From positions 1 to 64,000 of the forward strand of contig CAWEMM010000013.1 of the NCBI GenBank assembly GCA_963810095.1: 64,000 nt of DNA, read 5' to 3'. A program made the position numbers and the translations under genes. Positions within the stretch are counted from its first letter, which is position 1, and every line of letters starts with the position of its first letter. This DNA comes from an uncultured Chloroflexia bacterium (GTDB lineage Bacteria; Chloroflexota; Anaerolineae; CG2-30-64-16). The notes below the pieces were generated by a model. The model saw only the letters and a program-made list of their open reading frames with translations. It made no database searches and was not told the DNA's origin. This document shows positions 39,526 to 48,987 of the stretch, piece after piece.

Positions 39526-40678
39526 TTGCGTTCTCCGCACTCGCTTGCCGGGCAAGCGCATGTTCCCGGTGCTCCGCCAACTCGGCTTCACGCGCCTCGC
39601 GCGCCGCGATGAGCTTCGGCTCAACGGGCGATACTTCGGGCGCCTTGCCGAACTGCCATGTAAAGGCGACCAGCCAGAGCCCGCCGATGATAAATCCCGC
39701 CACCGCCGTCATGATGGCGGCCAGCACGGTGTTGTCGTCGAACGTCGGCTGGACGATCCAGTACCAGTGGAGAAATTGAGTCGCGAGCAGCAGCGCGCAG
39801 ACCGCCGCGAGGATACGCGGGTTGCGCTTGAAGCCCCGGATCACGAGCACGCCGAACGGGATGGCGAAGCCGAAAATCACGATTGCGAGCGCCGTCAGGA
39901 GCCAGCCCCCGTTGGTGCGGCGCACGTACCAGATCGTCTCTTCCGGGAGGTTCCCGGCGTAGAACAGGATCACCTGCGAGATCGACATGTACGCCCACAG
40001 CATCAGGAAGGCCAGCAGGAGGCTGCCCAAGGAGTTGAACAAGGCAGGCGAGGTGAAGTCCGCAAACGGCGCACGATCGCGGCGCACGATTACGACGAGC
40101 GTGGCGAACGCGAAGCCGCTCAGCAGCGCTCCCATCGTGACGATGAGCCCCCAAATGCTCGAGAACCAGGCCGGATCGAGAGACATGAGCCAGTCGATCC
40201 CGGCAAAGCTCACGGTCAGGGCCATTAGCACCAGTCCCAACGCGCTCACGCTGCGCATGCGGCCCGTCAGCGCGGGCGACGGGTCGGCGTCGCGCCGACG
40301 CGACCACGACACGAGCAGCAGGGCGAGCCCGATCCAGACGACGAAATAGATCACCGCACGGGCCAGGAAGAAGGGCACGCTCAGGTACGCCTGCTTGAAG
40401 GCGAGGTCCATGCCTTCCGCGGCCCGGCCCGCGGCCGCGCCTTGCGGCGAGGCGAGCACGTCGCCGTGGATCCAGGGGTAAAGAGCGGGCATGCCGATCA
40501 GCACCGGGATGAAGAGCACCGCCATCAGCGGTATCGTCAGGGATGCGGCCTCGAGCGGGCGGCGCAGCACCGCGCCCCAATAGCCGCCGGCCAGGTTGTG
40601 CAGCATCAGGATGGACAGGCAGCCCAGTGCCAGCATCAGCCAGAACGTATACGCGGTCAGGTACGCGTGAAAGATCAC
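39518..40678 (-). CDS. actF: Alternative complex III subunit ActF
   Basis: Polytopic NrfD-like; LYPW, FFLARA, DWLMSLDPAWFSSIWG, GNLPEE..WY. Confidence 0.88.
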   Translation of the reverse strand: MIFHAYLTAYTFWLMLALGCLSILMLHNLAGGYWGAVLRRPLEAASLTIPLMAVLFIPVLIGMPALYPWIHGDVLASPQGAAAGRAAEGMDLAFKQAYLSVPFFLARAVIYFVVWIGLALLLVSWSRRRDADPSPALTGRMRSVSALGLVLMALTVSFAGIDWLMSLDPAWFSSIWGLIVTMGALLSGFAFATLVVIVRRDRAPFADFTSPALFNSLGSLLLAFLMLWAYMSISQVILFYAGNLPEETIWYVRRTNGGWLLTALAIVIFGFAIPFGVLVIRGFKRNPRILAAVCALLLATQFLHWYWIVQPTFDDNTVLAAIMTAVAGFIIGGLWLVAFTWQFGKAPEVSPVEPKLIAAREAREAELAEHREHALARQASAENANG

Positions 40679-41293
40679 TGCTGTCCTCCCTGTGTCGCCG
40701 CAGGCTGGATGCTGTTGCGCAGCTCGGGCGGTACGTCGTCAAGCTGTCCCGCCTGGCTCAGCTGCAGTGCGCGCACGTAGCCCACAACCCGCCACCGGTC
40801 GTCGGGCTGCAGAATCGGACCGTAGGGCGGCATCGTCCCGAACCCGTTGGTAATGAAGGCGAAGATCTGCCCCGCAGGCAGGGCCGCGATGTTGGGTGCG
40901 GTCAGCGAGGGCGGCTTGGTGAAGCCGCGCTGCACCACGATGCCGTCACCCGCGCCCGTCCGGCCGTGGCATGGTGCGCACGTGTCGTTGAACAAGCCCT
41001 GTCCGCGGCGTAGGTCCTCGACCGTCAACTGGAACGGAAAGTCGGGCGCAGGCGTGCCGTTCAGTTGGCCCGTCACCCGCACCGCATCCTGATTCCCCGC
41101 GAGCCCGCGCGACGGTGTTGGCCGGCGGGTAACGCGCCGAACTGCCGTTGGGGTAGAACTCCGAATAAGCGAGCGGCTCGTACTTTGGCTGTTCCTTCAT
41201 GGATGCCGCGCAGCCCCCCAACACGAGCGTAGCGCTTACGAGCGCAGCGCTCAGGAGCGCGGGCAGGCTGAGCCGCCTAGCGTGCAGCGTCAT
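40675..41293 (-). CDS. actE: Alternative complex III monoheme lipoprotein ActE (apparent frameshift near 41095)
   Basis: Lipobox LGGC, MKEQPKYEP and PANTVAR in one frame; CAPCHG...MPPY in the next. Confidence 0.85.
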
Positions 41294-42008
41294 AGACCCT
41301 CCCCGGCGCCAGGGATTCGAGGAACTGCCTGGTCGTCTGGTCCGGCGCCTGCAGCGTCTCGACCGGCGCCTGGGCATAGAACTTGGGATCGTCGGCCTGG
41401 ATCAGCAGGAAGAACCGGTTCGTCGTTGCCCGGCTAAACTCCGGCACGTTGAAGACGGGATGATACGGCCGCGGGAAGCCGTTCAAGAGGATCATGGAGA
41501 TCAGCGCGGTGAACGCCGCGAACAGGATCACCAGCTCATACGTGATGGGCAGGTAGTACGGCCAGGAGTTGTACGGCCGGCCGCCGATGTTCAGGTACGG
41601 GTACCAACGCGACATAGACCAGAGCTGCAGCCCGTATCCGACCAGCCCGCCCGTGATTCCGCCCAGCAGTGTGAGCAGCGCGATCAGGTTGAACCGGCCC
41701 AGCCAGTCGGCCACGCCGCGCCAGTCGCGGCGGCGCAGTGCGGCCGTCAGCTCGGCCCGGTCGTGCCGGTTGCGCAGGTCGACGGATGGCGCCACCAGCT
41801 CGGGCAGCCCCTCGACCGGATAGGGCGAGTACGCGTCCATACGGGTGTAGCCCGCGGCGCGCGCCGCCCGGGCCGCCTCAAGCAAGGAGTCCTCATCCAG
41901 GAATTCGGCCAGCAGCCCGTAGCGGCCCTCCTGGAACTCCGCCTCGATGGGCTGGTGGTGGCGTCGCCCCCGGCGGGGTCCGATCACATCGCCCGGATGC
42001 GCAGTCAT
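41277..42008 (-). CDS. actD: Alternative complex III subunit ActD (DUF3341)
   Basis: GLLAEF, DAYSPYPVEG, IGGRP, PITYELVIL and YHPVF. Confidence 0.88.
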   Translation of the reverse strand: MTAHPGDVIGPRRGRRHHQPIEAEFQEGRYGLLAEFLDEDSLLEAARAARAAGYTRMDAYSPYPVEGLPELVAPSVDLRNRHDRAELTAALRRRDWRGVADWLGRFNLIALLTLLGGITGGLVGYGLQLWSMSRWYPYLNIGGRPYNSWPYYLPITYELVILFAAFTALISMILLNGFPRPYHPVFNVPEFSRATTNRFFLLIQADDPKFYAQAPVETLQAPDQTTRQFLESLAPGRVYDAAR

Positions 42009-43477
42009 GGCGCCACCTCCTCGCCCGCGAACGCAGTCGGGGCAGGCCTCGCGGCGGGCGCGCTCCCGTCGCCTCCGCCCGTCTCCCTCGAGCGAAGCTC
42101 GCGCGTCGCGGCCTTCTTCTCAATCAGTTCCCGCATTTCGTAGTTTGCGACCACGGGCAGGATCCTCAGGAACAGGAACATCATCAGGAAGAACAAGCCC
42201 AGCGTGCCGGCAAACGTCGCATAGTCCCAGATGGTCGGGACAAATACGCCCCATTTGCTGGGCAGGTAAGCTCGGGCCAGGTTCGTCGTGATCAGCACGT
42301 AGCGTTCCATCCACATGCCGAAGAGGACCCCGATCGAGATGAAGAACACGAGCACCCGGTTCTGGCGGAAACGCCGGAACCACAGGAGCTGCGGGAAGAT
42401 CACGTTGAAGGCGAGCTGCAGCCAGTAGAACAGCGCGAACGAGCCGGTAAAGCGGGTCATAATGGCTTGGATGTCGAAGATGTTGCCGCTGTACATCCCC
42501 ATGAAGTTCTCGAACAGGTAGCCGTACGCGACGATCAGGCCGCTGGCCAGCATGACCTTGGCCGCGTTGTCGACGTGCTGCAGGGTGATCATGTTCTCGA
42601 TGTGCAGCAGCTTGCGCAGCGGGATGATCAGCACGAGCACCATGGCAAAGCCCGAGTAGATCGCGCCGGCGACGAAATAAGGCGGGTAGATCGTGTTGTG
42701 CCAGCCCGGCACGATGGCCGCCGCGAAGTCGAAGCTCACGATGGTGTGGACGGACACCACCAGCGCGGTCACGAGCGCCGCCACCAGGTAGTACGCCCGG
42801 TGGAACCGGCGCCAGTGCTGGGCCGAGCCCCGCCAGCCGAGCGACGCGATGCCGTAGATGCGCTTCACCCACTTGTTGGTCGCCCGGTCACGGAACGTCG
42901 CCAGGTCGGGGATCATCCCGACGAGCCAGAACACCGTCGACACGCTTGCGTACGTCAGCACGGCGAACGCATCCCACACGAGCGGGCTGCGGAACTGCGG
43001 CGGCAGCGCCATCGTGTTCGGATACGGCAGCAGCCAGTAGAAGAACCACGGCCGGCCGAGGTGCAGGATCGGGAAAAGCGCGGCCTGGGCGACGGCAAAC
43101 ACGGTCATCGCCTCGGCCAGCCGGTTGATGGACGTGCGCCACTCTTGCCGCAGCAGGAGCAGGATCGCGGAAATCAACGTCCCAGCGTGGCCGATGCCGA
43201 TCCACCAGACGAAATTGGTGATCGCAAAGCCCCAGGCGACCGGCACCTCGATGCCCCAGATGCCGACGCCCCGGGCGAAGAGCAGGGTGATGGCCAGGAG
43301 GAACACCAGGACGCCCAGGAACGCGGCGAAAATGCCCGTGATCCACCAGCGGGGCGTTCGGCGCGTCAGGACAATGTCCGAGATTTGCTCGGTCACCCCT
43401 TCCATCGTCTGTCCGGGCGCCAGCACCGGGATCGGCTCGATCGCCGCGGGATTCGCCGTCGATACGTCTGTCGTCAT
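42005..43477 (-). CDS. actC: Alternative complex III quinol-oxidising subunit ActC (NrfD family)
   Basis: NFVWWIGIGHAGTLISAIL, HLGRPW, FRSPLVWD and SVHTIVSFDF. Confidence 0.95.
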   Translation of the reverse strand: MTTDVSTANPAAIEPIPVLAPGQTMEGVTEQISDIVLTRRTPRWWITGIFAAFLGVLVFLLAITLLFARGVGIWGIEVPVAWGFAITNFVWWIGIGHAGTLISAILLLLRQEWRTSINRLAEAMTVFAVAQAALFPILHLGRPWFFYWLLPYPNTMALPPQFRSPLVWDAFAVLTYASVSTVFWLVGMIPDLATFRDRATNKWVKRIYGIASLGWRGSAQHWRRFHRAYYLVAALVTALVVSVHTIVSFDFAAAIVPGWHNTIYPPYFVAGAIYSGFAMVLVLIIPLRKLLHIENMITLQHVDNAAKVMLASGLIVAYGYLFENFMGMYSGNIFDIQAIMTRFTGSFALFYWLQLAFNVIFPQLLWFRRFRQNRVLVFFISIGVLFGMWMERYVLITTNLARAYLPSKWGVFVPTIWDYATFAGTLGLFFLMMFLFLRILPVVANYEMRELIEKKAATRELRSRETGGGDGSAPAARPAPTAFAGEEVAP

Positions 43478-43494
43478 TCTAGCTCTACCTTTTC

Positions 43495-43570
43495 GCCACG
43501 AATTGCACGAATTTCACGAACTCTCGCAAACCTTGACCGCCAAATTCGTAGCATTCGTCAAATTCGTGGC
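43495..43570. repeat. 9-nt-period palindromic element (CACGAAT variant) between actB and actC
   Basis: GCCACGAAT-TGCACGAAT-TTCACGAAC...ATTCGTAGC-ATTCGTCAA-ATTCGTGGC. Confidence 0.8.
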
Positions 43571-43585
43571 GGCCTCGGCTCACGT

Positions 43586-46500
43586 TCACGTCCCGATCTC
43601 CGGGTTCGGGTTCCGCAGCGCGGCCAGGTACGTCGTGCGCGGCTGGGTGTTCAACTCGGCCAGCAGCGCGTAGTTGAGCGGCAGCGACTTCCACGTCGAC
43701 ACCTCCGCGGCCTGATCGTTCAGGTTGCCGAACGAAATCGCGTGGGTCGGGCAGGCCGCTGCGCAGGCCGGGATCACCTCGCCGTCCCGAATCCCGCGGC
43801 CCTCGGTCTCGGCGGTCCCCTGGGCGTCTCGGATGCGCTGCACGCAGTACGTGCACTTCTCCATCACGCCGCGGTTGCGCACCGTCACGTCGGGGTTCTG
43901 CACCATCTTGAGCGTAGGCTCTTCCCGGACCTGGTCCGTATAGGAGAAGAAGTTGAACCGGCGCACCTTGTACGGGCAGTTGTTCGAGCAGTAACGGGTG
44001 CCCACGCAGCGGTTGTAGACCATGTCGTTGAGGCCGTCTTCGCTGTGGGCCGTCGCGGCCACGGGACACACCGCCTCGCACGGCGCGGTCTCGCACTGCA
44101 TACACGGCACCGGTTGGAAGACGGTCTGCGGGTCGTCCACGTTGGTGCCTTCGTAGTACCGGTCCACCCGCAGCCAGTGCATCTCGCGCTGGCGGTAGAC
44201 GCCTTCCTTGCCGACCGTCGGGATGTTGTTCTCGGCCTGGCACGCCACCACGCACGCGTTGCAGCCCACGCAGGCCGTCAGGTCGATCGCCATGCCCCAC
44301 TTGTAGTTCGGGTATTCCCACTGCGGGTACAGGCTGATCGCCTCGTGCGGCGTGGCGGCGAAGTTCGGGTTTTCCTGGTATTCGGTCAGGGTGCCGGTCT
44401 TGACGAGGTCGCGGCCCTCCATCTGCCAGTGGAACTGCGTCGTCGCCAGCTGGTACTTGCCGCCGACCTTCACGACCTGCGCGCCCCCTGCGAACCAGGG
44501 CGCCGCTGCAGTGCGCAGGGCATAGGCGTTGAAGCCGGTGCCGCTGCCGAGAGGGCTCCCGTTGCCCATTGGCCTGGGGCTCCGGTCGATCCCGCCGACC
44601 GAGCCGGCGCTCGACGAGGCGACACTGCCGGTCCCCGTGTCCGAGCGCCCGTAGCCCAGATGAACCGTGATCGCGCCGTCGACGTGCCCCGGCCAGATCC
44701 ACACCCCGCCGCGCACAGTCCGCCCGCCGTACCTTACCTCGACCAGGTCCTCCAGCCCGACGCCCAACTGCTCGGCCGTGGCCGGGCTCATCATCACCGC
44801 ATTGTCCCAGGTCAGCAGGTTGAGCGGCTTGGGCAGCTCTTGCAGCCAGGCATTGTTGCCGTAGCGGCCGTCCCAGATGGCCGGGTCCGGCGCGGAAGTT
44901 GATCTCGAGGTCCTGGCCCCTGGGCTGCACTGTCACGCCGTTCAGCTCTGTCGCGATGGCGGTTGTGCTGACCGTTGGCGTGACGGGCGGCAGGGCGGAG
45001 TTGGGGATCACGCCCCGGTTCAACGCGTCGCGCCACCACGTCTCGAAGTCGCCTGCCCCGGCTGCTGCGCCCTGCCAGTACCCGCGCACCTGGTCGTAGG
45101 ATTTGCCCTCGGTCCCGCCAAACAGGGTCAGGATTTCGTGCGGCGAGCGCGAGTCGGGCCACAGCGGCTCGATGAGCGGCTGCACGATGCTGGCGGTGCC
45201 GTCGAAAGCGCGCGCGTCGCTCCAGGCTTCCAGGAAGTGTGTCTGCGGCACGTGCCACGTGCTGGCCATCGCCGTCTCGTCCGCATACAGCCCCACGTGG
45301 ATGCTCGTCCCAACCTTCTTCAAGAGCCGCAGCAAAGTCCAGGTCGGCCGGTGCGGTGTAGACCGGGTTCGCGCCCAGGATGAGCAGGAACTGCACCGCG
45401 CCGGCCTGCATTTCGTTGACGAGCGCGCTGAGGTTCGCGGTCAGGTCGGCGGGGCGAGCGACGACCGGCTCGGTGTAGAGCACGGTTTTGCCCACGTTTC
45501 CCAGCGCGGCGTTCATGGCGTGCGCCAGCGCGTGGACGACGGGCGCCTGGTGGTTGCCTGCGATGACGATGCTCGCCCCGGCATGGCCCTGCAGATCCCG
45601 CGCCAGGGCGTCCACAAACTGCGGCGTGACGCCGGGCGGCAAGTTCTCTGTGGCCGGTATGCCCTGCACCCCGATACGCGCTGCCACCGCTTGGGCGACG
45701 GTCAGCACCTCCCGCGAGAGCACCCGCAGCTTGTGATCCGCCTTCGCGCCCGTCAGCGTGGGCGTGCCTTCTACCGCGTACAGGCGATTCATGGAGGCGC
45801 CGGTGGCGCTCTTGACCCGCCGCCGGTTGATGAAGTCGCGGGAGTATCGCAGCGTGTCCGCATGGCTCTGGAGAAAATCGGAGTCCAGGCTGAGGATCGT
45901 GTCGGCCCGGTCGAAGCGATAGACGGTGTTCACGTCGCGACCGAAGGCCATCCGCGCGCCCAGGTCGGCCTGGTCGTTCGACGCCGCCTCCCACTGCAGC
46001 CACGCCGCGTTGGGCAGGGCCTTCTGAATGGACGCCATCTGCGCAATCAAGGTGGGCGAAGAGGTGACCTCCGTCAGGATGCGGATGCCCTGACCACCGT
46101 TCGCGCTCGCGGCGGCCAACGCGCTGGCGAATCCACTGGCGAAGTCCGCGTAGGTGGCGGTCTGTCCGCTGTGAAGGACGGCCGAGGAGCGGGCCGGGTC
46201 GTAGAGGCTCGAGTATCTCGGCCTGGGCAAAGGTGTCCGTCGACCCCAGTGAAGCCGGGTGGTCCGGATTGCCCTCGATCTTGGTCGGCCGGCCCTCGTT
46301 GCTCTCCACCAGCAGGCCCATCGCGTACCCCGCATGGATCATGGCGGTCGTGTAGAACAGCGATTTGCCGGGCACCTGGTTCGGGTCGGGCGACTTGACG
46401 TACGGGACGATCTTGCGGGCGGGGACGTTGACGCAGCCGGCGAGCCCCGCCAGGGCCAGGCTGGCGCCCAGCAGCTTGAAGAAGCTGCGGCGGCTCATGC

Positions 46501-46687
46501 CGTGCGACCCGCCGCCTTGGGAAAGGCTCTCGTCCCAAACGGAAGCCTGCCGCGGAAACTCGCGGTGCAGGTACTCCTGGAACTCGTCCGTCTCGGCCAG
46601 CGCTTCGAGCCCCTGCCAATACTGCCGCCCGCTCAGCCCTGCCAGCTTGCGCCTTACGGCTGCAATGTCAATCCGACCCTCGCTCAT
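43586..46687 (-). CDS. actB: Alternative complex III subunit ActB, molybdopterin-like + Fe-S domains (apparent frameshifts near 46210, 45325, 44890)
   Basis: Tat SRRSFFK and lipobox LAGC, GRPTKIEGNPDHP; C-terminal CVGCNACVVAC, CMQCETAPC, CVGTRYCSNNCPY and EKCTYC spread over four frame segments. Confidence 0.9.
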
Positions 46688-46783
46688 GCCTCATCCTCAC
46701 TACCGGGCGCCTCCTACGTAGGCGCCGGCGCCACTACGAAATGCAGTTCGACTTCTTCGGGCCCGACCGGACTCGTTCACCCA

Positions 46784-47458
46784 CTACCGGTGACAGGTCG
46801 AGCAGCTCGTCAGTGTCCGTGCGTCCAGCACCTGGTACTCTTTTACCAACTGGGGCCCCAGCACCGCCTGCGGCTGCGGCGGCTGCCAGCCCATCGTGAA
46901 CACCTGATCCTTCGGCCGGATGTACTTCTCGGGCGCCCGATGGCAGTCCAGGCACCACTCCATCTGCATGCTGGTTGCCTTGTATGTCTGCTGCATCTGG
47001 TCGACACGTCCGTGGCAGCTTTCGCACCCGATGCCCTTCTGAATGTGCGGGCTGTGGTTGAAGTACACGAACTGCGGCAGGTTATAAACGCGGTTCCAGT
47101 GGAGCGGTTGGTTGTTGTTCCAGCTGTCGCGCACGGGCTGGAGGATGGCCGCGTTGGTCCAGATCTGGCTGTGGCAGTTCATGCAGGTCTGCGTGGGGGG
47201 GATGCCTGCAAAGCTGGAGTATTCGACCGACGTGTGACAGTAGCGGCAGCCGATGCCCAAGCCGCCGACGTGATGCTGGTGGCTGAACTGGACGGGCTGG
47301 AGCACCGTCTGGTTGCGCCGGGTGTAGTAGTCCGAGCGCACAAACAGGTAACCGGCAATCGCGGCGCCTGCCAGGAGCAGGATCACAAGCGCGATGCTCG
47401 CGCGCGCAATCGTATTGCTGCTGCGGCCAAAGACCTGAGTAGTCCGGGACGGGACCAC
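46784..47458 (-). CDS. actA: Alternative complex III pentaheme cytochrome c ActA
   Basis: N-terminal TM and five CxxCH motifs (CRYCH, CMNCH, CESCH, CLDCH, CSTCH). Confidence 0.93.
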   Translation of the reverse strand: MVPSRTTQVFGRSSNTIARASIALVILLLAGAAIAGYLFVRSDYYTRRNQTVLQPVQFSHQHHVGGLGIGCRYCHTSVEYSSFAGIPPTQTCMNCHSQIWTNAAILQPVRDSWNNNQPLHWNRVYNLPQFVYFNHSPHIQKGIGCESCHGRVDQMQQTYKATSMQMEWCLDCHRAPEKYIRPKDQVFTMGWQPPQPQAVLGPQLVKEYQVLDARTLTSCSTCHR

Positions 47459-47900
47459 GTTTCCCTCTTCTCTCGCGTGTGCGGTGGTTTGCCGCCCGTG
47501 GTTCGGCGACCTCCAGGCAGCAACACTTCGCGATTCGTCAGGCGCTGGATAAATGCTAGCCCAATGATAGCCTTGTCCATGGCTGCTTCAGTGTTAATGC
47601 TTACAATAAAAAATAATTGATTGTACGCTGCTTATCAATTGTTTTGAGCTGCCTCGTCTTTCCTCCTTGCGTACAAGTCTTTTGATCCATAGGGCCTCCG
47701 GAGCTTCTAGCTCCAGAGGCGTCCCCGGTGACCTGAGGCGTGTCTGCGCTTGGTCCGCCCACTGGTAAAGCCGGCACAGCCCGCTGGCAGGAACCTGCGA
47801 TGCTGAGACGGCTGCCCATCGGATGGGCGGTGCCAAGTGGCGCTCGCGCCTGCGCGTGCTATACTTGGCGTCCGTATGTCACTGAGGCAAGGAGGTCGTA

Positions 47901-48770
47901 ATGACAGTTGGGTTTATCGGGCTGGGGATCATGGGCAGCCGCATGGCCGCGCGCCTGCAAGGGGCCGGATACGATGTGGTGGTCCACAACCGCACCCGCG
48001 CGAAGGCGGAGTCGCTGGTGGCCGCGGGGGCACGGTGGGCCGGCACGCCCGCGGAAGCCGGCAAGCAGGCCGACGTCCTCTTCACCATGCTGGCCGACCC
48101 CACGGCGGTCCAGGCCGCATCCGCGGGCGTGCATGGGTTCCTCGCCCAGCTCAGGCCCGGCGCGCTCTGGGTCGACTGCAGCACGACGAACCCCTCCTTT
48201 GCCCGGCGCATGGCCGAGCAGGCTGCCGCGTTCGAAATTCATTTCCTCGACGCGCCGGTGGCGGGCAGCAAGGACGCCGTCGCGAACGGCCAGGCCACCT
48301 TCCTCGTCGGCGGCGAGCCAGCGGCGGTCGACATGGCCCGCCCCTATTTCGCAGCCATGGGCCGGGAGGTCAAGCACCTGGGTCCCGTGGGCGCAGGCAT
48401 CTCCTTCAAGCTCGTCAACAACTACTTGCTGGCGCAGGCGGTGCTGGCGTTCTCCGAGGCGCTGGTGCTGGGCGAGGCGCTGGGGTTGGACCGCAAGATG
48501 CTGCTGGACGGGCTGCTGGCCGGGCCCATGGTCCCGCCGTACATGGCGACCAAGCGCCGCGGCTTTGAAACGGGCGAGTTCGAGACCGCTTTCCCGCTCA
48601 AGTGGATGCGCAAAGACCTGGAGATGGCCAGCCAGGCCGCGTACCAGCAAGGCGCGGCCATGCCTTCCGGCAACCTGGCGAAGGAAATCTATGCCCTGGC
48701 CAGCCAGCATGGGCTCGCCGATGCAGACTTCACCGCGATCTTCAAGTTCCTCCTGGAGAAGACCGCTTGA
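47901..48770 (+). CDS. 3-hydroxyisobutyrate dehydrogenase-family NAD(P) oxidoreductase
   Basis: GFIGLGIMG, DAPVAG, KLVNN and KDL; AAGGAGG RBS. Confidence 0.92.
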   Translation: MTVGFIGLGIMGSRMAARLQGAGYDVVVHNRTRAKAESLVAAGARWAGTPAEAGKQADVLFTMLADPTAVQAASAGVHGFLAQLRPGALWVDCSTTNPSFARRMAEQAAAFEIHFLDAPVAGSKDAVANGQATFLVGGEPAAVDMARPYFAAMGREVKHLGPVGAGISFKLVNNYLLAQAVLAFSEALVLGEALGLDRKMLLDGLLAGPMVPPYMATKRRGFETGEFETAFPLKWMRKDLEMASQAAYQQGAAMPSGNLAKEIYALASQHGLADADFTAIFKFLLEKTA

Positions 48771-48869
48771 TGAACTACGCTAACGCGAACGCCGGCTGAG
48801 ACGCTGACTTCCATCGGACATGCGACGCGATGTGTCTCCACGCAGCATGAAACGATCGCAGCGCGGGAG

Positions 48870-48897
48870 TAGACATCTCCCCACATGATGCTATAAT
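48870..48897 (+). promoter_or_regulatory. Sigma70-type promoter of the radical SAM operon
   Basis: TAGACA-N16-TATAAT with extended -10 TGn. Confidence 0.7.
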
Positions 48898-48987
48898 GCG
48901 GCCTCGGCCTGACCGGCCTAAACCAACCGCGGGTTCAAGTCCCGCCGCGGTGTGCGAAGGCAACCGCGTAACAGGAGAGTGTATCCG

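Noticed and set aside
41738-44902. 1054-aa plus-strand ORF and many other long antisense ORFs (e.g. 16109-17929, 52432-53928)
   Set aside because: Shadow frames of high-GC genes on the opposite strand; Arg/Pro/Gly-rich with no motifs
47617-47638. FNR-like TTGAT...ATCAA upstream of actA (and at 23972-23987)
   Set aside because: Spacers are 12 and 6 nt rather than 4; may be another regulator's site but cannot be assigned
48770-48799. Tiny ORF MNYANANAG overlapping the dehydrogenase stop
   Set aside because: Nine codons with no independent support
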